Origin: Eledone cirrhosa | Lineage: Eukaryota | DNA: 64,000 nt | NCBI GenBank assembly: GCA_964016885.1 | Contig: OZ024742.1 | Location: 58,466,001 to 58,530,000, forward strand | Direction: 5' to 3' | In this document: positions 13,164 through 24,607 of the stretch, piece after piece | Position numbering within the stretch: the first letter of the stretch is position 1 | Layout: each line of letters starts with the position of its first letter | The notes under the pieces: model-generated | What the model was told of the DNA's origin: nothing | Databases searched by the model: none | What the model saw: the letters and a program-made list of their open reading frames with translations, nothing else | Made by a program: the position numbers and the translations under genes

Positions 13164-13329
13164 ACGAACAGAAGTATACAATAAGGAAAACACACTAACA
13201 TTACCGATTTTCTGGCACCTCTGCTTCCAGATCCATGCCTAATTATCCATTTTGCCAGACTAACAAAAAGTCAGGTAATAATAATTCATGGGAGAGGTTG
13301 TTATATACTTGACCAGACTGGAGAGTCCT

Positions 13330-14230
13330 TTCTAGTTTATATTGACCCCTCTCAATTGCCATGTAGCATTGCAGTTTGCATGCAGACATCATACAGTCTA
13401 CTTTTCACACTGAGATAGAAGCCCTTTGTTGTCAGCAGAGGTACAATCACCCTAAAGTTCTTCCACTCTGTTCTTATCCTGGCTATCACACTTCCAGAGC
13501 ATCCTCCCTCACTGCTGATTAGGTAACAAAAGCTGTCAACAAATTCTAAGGAGCCTCCCTGTCAACTGAGCGTATTTATTGCACATGAGAGCTTAGTGCT
13601 TACTTCTATGCATCTGCTGCACACAAAGTCTATCTTTTCCATTAACCTGCCTAAAATCCAACTATATCTCTTGTGCCACCATAGATTATACTATGTACAC
13701 CTTCTAGAATTTCTGCCCACTCCTTTCTGACATTGAGCATGGCCACTTCCCTGATGGTATCAGCATCTTGTCCATCCCTACTTTGCTAAGTTCACTTCCA
13801 GACCTTTCAATTCTAGGTTTTTTTTTTTCCATACTTGAAATTTTGCTTCTAGCTCTCTCAGAGATTATAAGGACTAGGTAATCAGCATACAGGAGTTCAC
13901 ATGGAGTGCCAGTTTTAAATTCTTCAGTGATGGCTTGAAGGACAATGACAAACAGAAGTGGACTGAGGACTGAGCCCTATTGGACCACTTCGTTGCCAAC
14001 TCTCATTTTGCTGGATTATGTGGCCCTCATAAGCAATTTGTTCACACCTAGCTTCATAAGTGCCCACCATATTACAGAGTGTAGGACTCTGTCAAAGCTT
14101 TCTCTAGATCCACAAATGCCAAATACAGTGACGTACACTCGACTAAGTACATTTGCTGTAGTTGTTTCACTAAACAGAGGGCATTATTAGTACCTCTACC
14201 TAGCATAAATCCAAACTGCATCTCATCTAA
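13330..14230 (-). mobile_element. Old decayed RTE LINE fragment (PHD-containing family)
   Basis: Remnants of MQFGF, GSVLSPLLFVIVLQAITEEFKTG and PSGKWPCS.C, collinear with the 21373-24393 ORF. Confidence 0.75.
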
Positions 14231-14419
14231 CCATTTTGTGGGTCTGAGAAAAGTATTAAATTGATGAGATCACCAAAGCATTGCAATATGGCTAGACACA
14301 ATAAAGGCAGTCATACTGCATTGTCTTTTGCATTCATGGATGCATTCAGACCTTAGATAGCGAGTCCTGTTTGAAAAATATATTGGAGTCTCCTCCCAAT
14401 GCTGCAAACTCTAGTGGGG

Positions 14420-16710
14420 TCCTCTGTTGTGTCCTGGGAGAGGTGGGATGGAAGCACAAAAATTACATATGTCGAGACTCCAGAGATGTTCTGAAAGGGA
14501 GCAAACTTTAACAATTGGTAATTGGAACATTGCAACCCTTACAAGCAAGGTGCAAGAACTAGTAGAGGTAGCCAGATGCTACTGGCTAGATATAGTCCAG
14601 GTTTCCTCAAGAAAGTTCCATGGCTCTGGTACTGTAGATTTGGATGTAGGATGGAAACTCTGCTATTCAGGTGTGGCACCAAAGATGACTGCACAGACAA
14701 GAGTGAAGATACTCAAAAGTCCCCTGCTGCCAGAATGTGTTATGAACTGGATCCCGTTGGGAGGGAGGATTTGCCTCTTGAAGCTTAGGCTGAAAGAAAG
14801 GTCTTTGTGGATGGTGCAAGTTTATGCACCAAACCGAGAGCCAAAATATGGATCCTTCCTTGATGAAGTCACTGCAGTGATAGATGTAATTAGGACTGAG
14901 TTATATATACTAATGGAGGACTTCAATTCACAGGTTGACGTTGACTACCTGACATAGAAAAGAATGATTGGAAGAAATGGTGACTCCAATCTGAATACGA
15001 ATGGAAAGGCCTTATTAGACTTCTGTTCTAGTAACGGGCTACCTATTTGAGTAACTTCTTCCAGCACAAAGACAACCATAAATACATATGTCAGAAGAGG
15101 AATTGGGGACAGAGAAAAATAATTGATTTTGTAATTGTATCTGATCTCTTCAATTCAATGTTGGATGTTCGTGTAAAGAGAGGGGCTGTGCTGTCAACTG
15201 ACCACCATCTAGTTATCTGCAGCCTGAAACTACCTAAAGCCAAGAGAGTCCACAAAACTTGTAGGTTCAAGTTGACCTACAGGATAAAGTGGGAAGTGAT
15301 GGCAGATAAGGAAGTCAGGAACAGGTTTGCGGATACTATTGCATCCCAATTCAGAGAATTCCCTGAGCAAACTGAGGATGTTGAAACAGTGGAGACTGTT
15401 CAGCTCTGCAGTTTCTGCTTCAGCTGTTAAATGCTGCAGGCGATGTGTGGTGCCGGTTGGCAGGAGAACCCCTTGGTTCAATCAAGTTGTCAAAGGAGGA
15501 GGTTTACAAAGCTTGGCTTGGAAATAATTCCTCCTTCTTGCAGTACAAGCAGCCATGAAAAGTTGCAGCAGACCATCCACCGACTTCATAATAAGACATC
15601 CCCCTTCATGCCTACTATTAGGAACACATCTGAGGTTCTCTCTTCAATGAGGTGCATCCTTGCAAGGTGGAGAGAATACTTTGCTGATTTCCTAAACCTG
15701 CTCACAATAGTATATTTTAATGTACACAATGTGCATCTGAGAGCAATGATAAACCTCTCAGAGGTAGAGGTCACAAGAGCAATGAAAGAGCTCAAATGTG
15801 GCAAGGATGCTGGGAAGGATGAAATTCAGCCTGAGATGTTAAAAGCCTTAAATAGAGAAAGTATTCTCTGGCTGACACATGTATACTGGGTGGTCTGTAT
15901 CTCTGAAAAGGCACCTAATTCCAATTTTCAAAAAGAAAGAGATTGCTCCAATTATAGAGGGATCTCCCCAGCAAAGCAATGTCTATGCTAAGTGTCTGGC
16001 AAAGAGATGTAGGGATATTGTTGAGTCCAAGCTAGCTGATGAACAGTATGATTTTTGTCCTGGACACAGTAGGTCTTTTAGAAATCGTGAGAATATTAAC
16101 ATGAGGTGTTGTTCTTGTATGGTAGACCTCGAAAAGACATATGATCGCATTCCATGAGACATGCTGTGAAAGCTTCTGCAGGATTATGGGATTGATGGAT
16201 AGCTTCTTGTTGCCTCGACATCTCTATATAAATGCCCTAGTATTTATATTTGGATAAATAGTGCTAAGTTGAAACCATTCAATACTGATGTCGGACTCTG
16301 CCAAGTGTGCATACTGTCACCTCTCCTGTTCATAATCTTTATGGACAGGATTGACATGCACAGCCAGTTTGGAAGTATTGAGACTGGCAGATGAAGGATC
16401 AGTCGACTGAAATTTGTGGAAAACATGGTACTATTTAACTCAGAAAGTGATTTCTGACATGCACTTGATAGGTTTGTTGCCTGTGCTGCACAGCAGGATT
16501 GAAAATTTGTCCCACAAAGACTGAGACATTCCTCCTCTCAAGGAAGTCTGTGCAGTGCAGTCTACATGTGAGTGGAGTTCTACTGAAGCAGGAGGAGAAG
16601 TTCAAGTATCTTGAGGCTGTATTCACAAGTGATGGAAGGCAGGAGGCTGGATTAAGTGCAAAAATTGCAGGAGCTGGTGCAGTAATGAGCTAGCTTCAGC
16701 ATTCGGTAAT
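14420..16710 (+). mobile_element. Decayed RTE-clade LINE of Expander/Rex3 type (APE + RT)
   Basis: LTIGNWNI..L..K.QELVE, VQVYAPN, DFNSQV, VRVKRGAVLSTDHHLV, GKDAGKDEIQPEMLKAL, VDLEKTYDRIP, LSPLLFIIFMDRI, FKYL..VFTSDGRQ. Many stops and frameshifts. Confidence 0.85.
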
Positions 16711-16725
16711 CTGAACAGTGTGATG

Positions 16726-17970
16726 CATGGGGTTGCAGAACAATAATATGAGAGAACAATAATATGAGAGACGTAAAATAAGAAAATTATAAAATGAACT
16801 TACTTACTAAAATATCACTTCCAACTAATTAGTTTCTGAAATGGAATAAATATATTTTCCGAAGAAAACATACAGAATCATTTCGTCGTCAGGGAAGACT
16901 ATTCTCATCTAAGTATCCAGGCAAAGCGTGGACTCTGGAAACTTATTAAAAAATAATTCAGTGGATAGAAAATAGCAAAGCGTGGACTGAATTCCTAGCC
17001 ATTGAGAAAATCACTGCCTCTGCGTCGGTGGCAAATTCAAAAAGAATCAATCACGTGACATCGAGGTCAATCAGTGGAAAGTGGTTTGCTAATAAGACAG
17101 CAGCCTGCCTGCTACCATAGCAGCAGTCTTGGCTAATATTGCCCGACAAATAATTTGGAGATAATTATAAAGAATTAATATCTAGTAACATATATATGCA
17201 TACAGGTGATTTTCTCAATGGCTAGGAATTCAGTCCACGCTTTGCTATTTTCTATCCACTGAATTATTTTAAAATAAGTTTCCAGAGTCCACACTTTGCC
17301 TGGATACTTAGATGAGAATAGTCTTCCCTGACGACGAAATGATTCTGTATGTTTTCTTCGGAAAATATATTTATTCCATTTCAGAAACTAATTAGTTGGA
17401 AGTGATACTTTAGTAAGTAAGTTAATGTTATAATTTTCTTATTTTACGTCTCTCATATTATTGTTCTGCAACCCCATGCATTGAACCACAAAGTTACTAA
17501 GACAAAACCTATATATTTGCTAGCATTGATATGCATCTGTATGTATATATATGTTACAAGATATTAATTCTTTATAATTATCTCCAAATTATTTGTCGAG
17601 CAATATTAGCCAAGACTGCTGCTATGGTAGCAGGCAGGCCGCTGTCTTATTAGCAAACCACTTTCCACTGATTGACCTCGATGTCACGTGATTGATTCTT
17701 TTTGAATTTGCCACCGACGCAGAGGCAGTGATTTTCTCAATGGCTAGGAATTCAGTCCACGCTTTGCTATTTTCTATCCACTGAATTATTTTTGAATAAG
17801 TTTCCAGAGTCCACGCTTTGCCTGGATACTTAGATGAGAATAGTTTTCCCTGACGACGAAATGATTCTGTATGTTTTCTTCGGAAAATATATTTATTCCA
17901 TTTCAGAAACTAATTAGTTGGAAGTGATACTTTAGTAAGTAAGTTAATGTTATAGTTTTCTTATTTTACG

Positions 17971-17980
<10 letters not shown>
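16726..17980. repeat. Tandem and inverted array of a unit of about 480 bp, PLE pseudo-LTR-like
   Basis: The unit at 16726-17205 is followed by near-identical inverted copies at 17206-17481 (partial) and 17536-17980. It contains CTGACGA-stem-GAAA-ATATAT (e.g. 17328-17376) and ends in (TA)n. Confidence 0.75.
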
Positions 17981-18002
<22 letters not shown>

Positions 18003-18003
<1 letters not shown>

Positions 18004-18141
18004 GTAATAATAATAAATTTGAAGACTAAAAGATTTTTTGAAATATTCATTTCCGCGTTCACAGATTGACTTTGTTAGTTTCAGAAGATCCCGTTAAGGG
18101 TGAAAGCAGCGATTCTTTGCTTAAACTTTAATCTGTTATTT
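18003..18141 (+). mobile_element. Short PLE pLTR fragment (family of 26626-27235 and 35682-35838) with inverted 5' piece
   Basis: The first ~27 bp are the reverse complement of the family tail at about 27197-27226; the rest matches 27022-27129. Confidence 0.75.
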
Positions 18142-18884
18142 CATAAAATTATAATTGTTTCTACTTTAGGCACAAGGCCAGATGGCTGAAACAGGTAAAA
18201 GAGTAATATATATATATACACACACATATATATATATATATATATACATATATACACATATACACACATACACATATATATATATATTTAGGAGAGAGAG
18301 AGGTGGGTGGAGAGATCAAAGGGAGAATGAATATAATCAACGGCAGAAAAATATAAAAATACAAAAAGAAAACACACCTCAAAACCAACAAAGTTAAAAA
18401 CTTTACACAATTTTCAGCCACTTCAAACAGCTATTATATCTGTAGATAATGTTATCTTTGTTGCTTCCATTACCAAAAGTCATTGACTTGTAAAAAATAC
18501 AGTATTTTCTCCTTTTTAATTCTAAAACTAGATAATTATTGTTTTCGAATAACGGTCTCTTTCTTTTTTGTTTTTCTTTATGATAAATATTGATGTAGGC
18601 ATGTACGAGAGTCACCTGAAAAATTCATAGGCTAACTATGAAGGAGAGATGCTAGAGTCGAGAAATCTTGCATGCAATAATTTTACTTCTTCTTATTAGG
18701 AACAGCATTGTTTCCTTCCAGGGACTATGTTGAAAAATAAACCTCATTCGGTTACCCATGAGAGTGTTTTGGTCAGCCTATAAACTTTTCAGCTGACCCT
18801 CTTATGTTGCGGATGTTAAGAAGCTTGCTTTGTAATCATGTGGTTTTGAGTTCATTAGTCAGGTATGGATTAAGGGGTGGGAGA

Positions 18885-19440
18885 AAGCCCCAAGAAGTTT
18901 CAGAAATACCAAGGAAAACTTAAGACTCAGGAAGATCCAAGAAGACCCACCCAGGGAGATAAATGAAGATCTAGGAAGAGTCAAGTAAATCTAGGAAGAC
19001 TCAAGAAGATCCAAAAAACATCAGGAAGACCTAAGAAGATCAAAGAAGATCCAGGGTCAAGAAGATCAAAGAATATCCAGGCTCAAGAAGATCTAGGAAA
19101 ACCTAGAAATTCTCAGGAAGATCAAGAAATATCCAAAGAGACTTAGGAAGACCAAGAAAGACCCACGTAGACTAAAAAAGTCTATGAAGACCCAAGAAAA
19201 CTCAGGACATTCCAAGAAGACCCTGGAAGATCAAGAAAGAGACAGGAAACTCAGGAAGATCCAAGAAGACCCCAAGAGACTCAGAAAGATCCAGGAAGAT
19301 CTAGAAAGTCTCAAAAAATTTCAGAAAGATCCAGAAATATCCAGGAAGACCCCAAAGTCTCAGGAAGTCTCAGGAAGAACAAGAAATATACAGGAAGACC
19401 AACAAAAACCTAGGCAGACTTAGGAAGATCTGGTGAAGAA
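18885..19440 (+). repeat. Degenerate purine-rich minisatellite, unit about 10 bp (CAGGAAGACC / CAAGAAGATC)
   Basis: The 10-nt periodicity is visible by eye over about 550 bp. Confidence 0.8.
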
Positions 19441-19849
19441 CATTCCAGGAGGATTTGCAGCAGATGGACATTAATTTGGAAGATATGGGGAATATAGCAA
19501 GTCAGTGTGTCAGCTTAGTAATTTTTTATTCTAATGAAAAATTCTACTTATGTTTTGAAAATAATCAAAAATTTGGAGGGATTTAGTAATTTAGAGATGG
19601 AGGCAGTGACAGTGGGAGTTTGGTTCCTTTGTGTTCAGACTTAACTTTCTTGTTATTAAACTGGTATTTGGAAAATAAATTTTCTTACATAAAATTATAA
19701 TTGTTTCTACTTTAGGCACAAGGCCAGCAATTACTGGTACTTTATTTTATCGACCCCGTAAGGATGAAAGGCAAAGTTAACCTCTTACATAAAATTACAA
19801 TGAAAGGTGTTTAGATAAATATAAGCATGTTAAAATAAATATTCTTGGA

Positions 19850-20266
19850 GAGGTGATAAAAGCCGACCTTACCCAATTACACCTCTCAAAGGCGGTGACA
19901 CACGACCGTGACCTTTGGCGTCACGCAGTAATACAGAGTACTCGACCTCCCATGGGTACAAGCTGAAGCATATAGACAATATGCCCCCACTCCCCCCACT
20001 GCAAGGTGGTCGTGGAGGTGCCACGGCAAAAAAGCACCCACCCACACTGTAAAGTGGACGTGTAGGCGCCACGAAAAAGCACCCAGCACTCACTGTAAAT
20101 GAGGTTGGTGTTAGGAAGGGCATCCAGCTGTAGAAATCAAGCCAAATCAGTTCCTGTATGAGCAAGGCATGGTCAGCCGACCAGACACTGCATACAACAG
20201 GGCAACCCGTCTAACCCAGGCTAGCGTGGAAGAACGGACGTAAAACGGTGATGATGATGATGATGA
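19850..20266 (+). mobile_element. 5'-truncated RTE LINE, subfamily B 3' end
   Basis: Near-identical to 25592-26009; (GAT)n tail. Confidence 0.9.
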
Positions 20267-20551
20267 TTCTTGTATCATAAAACCAAGGCCATTTTCAGGT
20301 TGTTTGTTATCAAAATGGTTAATTTTTATTTGGTAGGTTTAGAGTAAGTGGCAGTGAACATTGTTTTCACAGCCCCCCCCCCGGAACCAAAGAGATTGAT
20401 GCTGTTAATGTTTCAGTTAAACAGTTGTAAGACACTGATAGGTACAGGGTTTATTTTCAACTTATCAAATAAGTTCTGACAGTAGAATTGGAAATATTGT
20501 TCATGTCAGAGACATACCAGGCCTTAACACTGCAAAGGAATGAGAGAGAGA

Positions 20552-20625
<74 letters not shown>

Positions 20626-20830
20626 AGAACGCTGACTTCCGGCATGAATAGAAACAACATTTTAGAATAGTTTTGTTAGATAATCAGCATTTATGTGATA
20701 GAAACAGACAAATAAATTTGACAGATTTGAAGGCAAAATGAGGAGATATTTGGAAGATTTTGAAGATGAAAGTAAGAAACATGACCAAGTAGAACTCTCT
20801 ATACAACATTCTAGCAACTGACATTATTAA

Positions 20831-20868
<38 letters not shown>

Positions 20869-21372
20869 ATCATCATCATCATCATCAGGTTTAGCGTCCG
20901 TGTTCCACGCTTGCATGGGTTTGGACGGGGGTTTTCCCACTTGAGGCAAGAGTGGTTGTCTTGCTTGCATAAGACTGTCTGGCGGGTTTTCTACAGTTGG
21001 ATGCCCTTCCTAACACCAACCACATTTACAGTGTGGGGCTGGGAGGTTTTTACCGTGTTGCCTACACGGCCACATTACAGCGTGGACTGTCTGGCGGGTT
21101 TTCTACAGCTGGATGCCCTTCCTAACACCAACCACATTTACAGTGTGGGGCTGGGAGGTTTTTAACGTGTTGCCTACACGGCCACATTTACAGCGTGGAC
21201 TGTGTGTTTTTTTGTCGTGACACCTACACGATCTCATTTGTTTCGGCCTGGATGTTGTGGGACCAACATAACTTTACATTGAAAGGGGCGGTGTGGATGG
21301 GGTGGAGGTGGTGGGACGGGGGGGTGTTTTGATAGAGATGCCTACTGACTGTAGTAGGTTTTTACTTTGTAT

Positions 21373-24300
21373 TTAGGTAAGGCGGGTCTTCTCTATTACT
21401 GAGTACCGCCAAAGGTCTCGGTCCAGTGACATTGTCTTGGAGAGGTGTAAGCGTGTGAGGTCGGAATTTATCAGCTCGTCCCATGTTTTTCTGGGTCTGC
21501 CTACTCCGTGGCTACCGTCTATCTTTATTGCCCTGCACTTTGTTATACAGCTGTCGTCTTTCATGCGCATCACGTGACCGTACCAACGTAGCCTTCTCTC
21601 GAGTAAACAACATCGGATCCCTCTTATTTTTAATTTTTTCCTTAGTTCGTTTATGCTTTGCCGTTCACGTATATTACTATTGCACATCCAGCGGAGCATG
21701 CAAGCTTCGTTCCTCTCTAGTCTGCGTATATCCTCTGCACACAATGCCCAGGTCTCACTGCCATGCAGCATTGCTGTTCGTATGCAGGCATCGTATAACC
21801 TGCCTTTCATTTTTAGGGAGAACCCTCTAGCGGCTAATAGTGGTATAAGCTCTCTGAACTTTTTCCATCCAGTTCTGACTCTAGCTACTGTACTTTCAGA
21901 GCACCCTCCCCCACTGCTGATTTTGTCACCCAGGTAACGGAAGCTGTCCACTATTTCTATAGAACCCTCTGCGCAGTTGAAGGAGCTAGTATTTTGTGGG
22001 CACTTGCTGCTACTTATTGCACCAGAGCACCGGCCACATGTAAAATCTATGTTCTTAGTTAGCTTACCTGTGATCCCACTACATCTTTTATGCACCCATA
22101 CTTTGCATTTGGGACATAAAATGGAGTTTCTACCTACGCCTTTCCTACACACTGAGCATGGCCATTTCCCAGATGGGACTGCCGCCTTATTTTCTTTCCT
22201 ACAAACTAGAACTTTAGTCTTAGCCAGGTTAATTTTAAGGCCTTTTGATTCTAGGCCGTGCTTCCATGTTTGGAATTTCTTCTCTAGTTCGGTCATTGAT
22301 TCAGCTATGAGCGTTAGATCATCTGCGTATAGGAGTTCCCATGGGCAGCCGGTCTTGAACTCCTCTGTTATAGCCTGAAGGGCAATAATAAATAGTAGGG
22401 GGCTAAGAACAGAGCCCTGATGGACACCAACTTTTACGCTAAACTCTTCACTATATTCGTTGTTAATTCTAACCTTACTGACTGTTTCTTTATACATGGC
22501 TTGTATAGCTCTCACAAGCCATTCGTCAACACCTAGTTTTCTAAGAGACCACCAGATAATGGAACGGGGGACTCTGTCGAAGGCTTTCTCCAAGTCGACG
22601 AAGGCTAAGTATAGGGGTTTACTTTTAGCTAGGTACTTCTCCTGTAGTTGTCGTACAATGAAAAGAGCGTCTGTGGTACTTTTGCCTGACACAAACCCGA
22701 ACTGCATTTCATCTAGATCAATTCTCTCTCTGATTAGTTGCGCTATTACTTTTTCCGTGACCTTCATGACCTGGTCGATTAATTTAATGCCTCTATAGTT
22801 ACTCCTATCTAGGGCATCTCCTTTTCCCTTATAGCAGTTAACGATGATGCTGCTACGCCAGTCCTTCGGAACAACCCCATTCTGTACGACTTGGTTAACT
22901 ATCCGGGTGACCATGGTGTGTCCCACCGAACCAGATGCCTTCAGCATCTCAGCAACTATTTCCGAAGGACCAGCCACCTTAGCCGTCTTCATATCTTTGA
23001 TTGCCTTGCTTATTGTACTACCCTGGACTAACACTACTGGTCCCTCTATTGGGTCGATGTGGTGGAGACTGTCTTTCTCCCATTTGTTCTCCTCATTTAG
23101 AAGCCTTTCGTAGTGACACTTCCAAGCTACCTTCTTATCAGCGTCGGTGATGGCAAGTATGCCATCATCGTTAAGTACACACTTCTCCCCGACAATATCA
23201 CGGTTTTCCTTGACACATTGCCTGGCAATCCTGAACACCTCACGTTTTTGGTCCTCACGTTGTAGAACATGCTTGAACTTTCTTTCCTCTGCTTCCCTTC
23301 TTGCGAAGTACACTTGTCTCCTAGCTTCCCTCCTGGCCACTTGATAGTCTTCTCTACTTCCCCCATCCCGCCATGCTTTCCAAGCCTGCTTTTTGGCCTT
23401 AATTGACCCCTCCACCTTACTGTTCCACCACCATGTTACTCTCCTCCTACCTACAGGCCTGCTCCAGCCACAGACTTCGTCTGCCGCCGTCAGCAGGTTT
23501 GCTCTCAGGAATTCCCACTGTTCCTCTATATTATACGACTCTAATTGCTCTTCCTTACTGTCGAAAGCATCAAGTAATATGCTTTGAAATTTATTTCTGG
23601 CTATGGGGTCCTTTAGCTTCCATATTTTTCTCCTGAGGATAGTCCTCTTCCGCTGTCTAGTACGTCTCGTCCTGACTATGAGGTCGCTAATTATCAGTCT
23701 ATGTTGGGAGGTGAATTCTTCATGGGGGAGGGATTTAGTGTTAACAACAGACGCTCTGTCACGTCTTCTGGTAAGGATATAATCTACCTGGCTTGTGTGT
23801 TCCCCCGATCTATAGGTGATCAAGTGATTGTCTCGTTTTTTGAAGTTAGTGTTACAGATAGTTAAGTTATTTGCGTCACAGAATTCCAGGATTCTGGAGC
23901 CTTCCTCATTTCTAGTACCGAACCCATAGCCTCCATGGATTCCGTCATAGCCGTCACAATGTTGTCCAACGTGACCATTTAGGTCGCCTGCAATAACTAT
24001 ATAGTCACTGTCGGTTATTTGGGAGGTAGCGAGCATCAGTGTCTCGTAGAATCTGTCTTTTATAGCGCCGGGCAGTCCGGATTGTGGTGCGTACGCAGAT
24101 ATTACTGTCACCGTAGTTTTATTGAGGACAAGTCTTATTTTAATTATTCTGTCGTTCACTCTATTTACGTCTATTATCTTATCTGCCCACTTTTCTGCTA
24201 CCATGATTCCTACCCCACCCAACCCATTGTCATTTCCCACCCAGAAAAGCTTATAGCATCGTTTTTTACCCACGATGAATCTAGCCGACCCTCCCCTCCA

Positions 24301-24393
24301 CCTGGTCTCTTGAATACAACAAACATCGACCTCCTTACGTTCAAGCATTTCTACAACCTCGTTAGAGCGACCCTTTAAGGTGCCTACATTCAT
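21373..24393 (-). CDS. RTE retrotransposon polyprotein: APE endonuclease, reverse transcriptase, PHD-type zinc finger
   Basis: APE motifs CIQETRW, SAYAPQ, GDLNGH, QVDYIL, SQH. RT motifs NYRGIKL, QFGF, FVDLEKAFDRV, GVHQGSVLSP, YADD. C4HC3 motif CSVC-CPKC-HKRC-CGRC. RTE C-terminus RLRWYGHV..GRPRKTW. No stops. Confidence 0.95.
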   Translation of the reverse strand: MNVGTLKGRSNEVVEMLERKEVDVCCIQETRWRGGSARFIVGKKRCYKLFWVGNDNGLGGVGIMVAEKWADKIIDVNRVNDRIIKIRLVLNKTTVTVISAYAPQSGLPGAIKDRFYETLMLATSQITDSDYIVIAGDLNGHVGQHCDGYDGIHGGYGFGTRNEEGSRILEFCDANNLTICNTNFKKRDNHLITYRSGEHTSQVDYILTRRRDRASVVNTKSLPHEEFTSQHRLIISDLIVRTRRTRQRKRTILRRKIWKLKDPIARNKFQSILLDAFDSKEEQLESYNIEEQWEFLRANLLTAADEVCGWSRPVGRRRVTWWWNSKVEGSIKAKKQAWKAWRDGGSREDYQVARREARRQVYFARREAEERKFKHVLQREDQKREVFRIARQCVKENRDIVGEKCVLNDDGILAITDADKKVAWKCHYERLLNEENKWEKDSLHHIDPIEGPVVLVQGSTISKAIKDMKTAKVAGPSEIVAEMLKASGSVGHTMVTRIVNQVVQNGVVPKDWRSSIIVNCYKGKGDALDRSNYRGIKLIDQVMKVTEKVIAQLIRERIDLDEMQFGFVSGKSTTDALFIVRQLQEKYLAKSKPLYLAFVDLEKAFDRVPRSIIWWSLRKLGVDEWLVRAIQAMYKETVSKVRINNEYSEEFSVKVGVHQGSVLSPLLFIIALQAITEEFKTGCPWELLYADDLTLIAESMTELEKKFQTWKHGLESKGLKINLAKTKVLVCRKENKAAVPSGKWPCSVCRKGVGRNSILCPKCKVWVHKRCSGITGKLTKNIDFTCGRCSGAISSSKCPQNTSSFNCAEGSIEIVDSFRYLGDKISSGGGCSESTVARVRTGWKKFRELIPLLAARGFSLKMKGRLYDACIRTAMLHGSETWALCAEDIRRLERNEACMLRWMCNSNIRERQSINELRKKLKIRGIRCCLLERRLRWYGHVMRMKDDSCITKCRAIKIDGSHGVGRPRKTWDELINSDLTRLHLSKTMSLDRDLWRYSVIEKTRLT

Positions 24394-24607
24394 GGTACCA
24401 ACTCTGAAGTTTTGGATTGCGTTTGGAGGGTGGGAGCGGTGGGGCGCGGGGGGTGGATGGGGTTATGTTAGCCATCCTGGGCCGAAACAAGGAGGAGTGC
24501 TTGCATTCTCGTCCACGAGGTGAATTTGGCTTTATCTTTGGCATTGTCGCTGAGCGTCCACATTTTTCTCTCTTCAACTCTCCAGAATTCCGTAGTCCAT
24601 CCATCAT
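24362..24607 (-). CDS. Short upstream ORF overlapping the RTE main ORF
   Basis: 81-aa basic, Pro-rich ORF overlapping the main ATG by 32 nt in another frame. Short overlapping uORFs are known in RTE-1-type elements. Confidence 0.4.
   Translation of the reverse strand: MMDGLRNSGELKREKCGRSATMPKIKPNSPRGRECKHSSLFRPRMANITPSTPRAPPLPPSKRNPKLQSWYHECRHLKGSL

Noticed and set aside
19184-19423. 79-aa K/E/Q/D-rich ORF
   Set aside because: Product of the 10-bp minisatellite.
21483-24378. Plus-strand ORFs antisense to the RTE, and likewise those antisense to the Gypsy pol at 62067-63805
   Set aside because: Shadow ORFs of transposon coding sequence.
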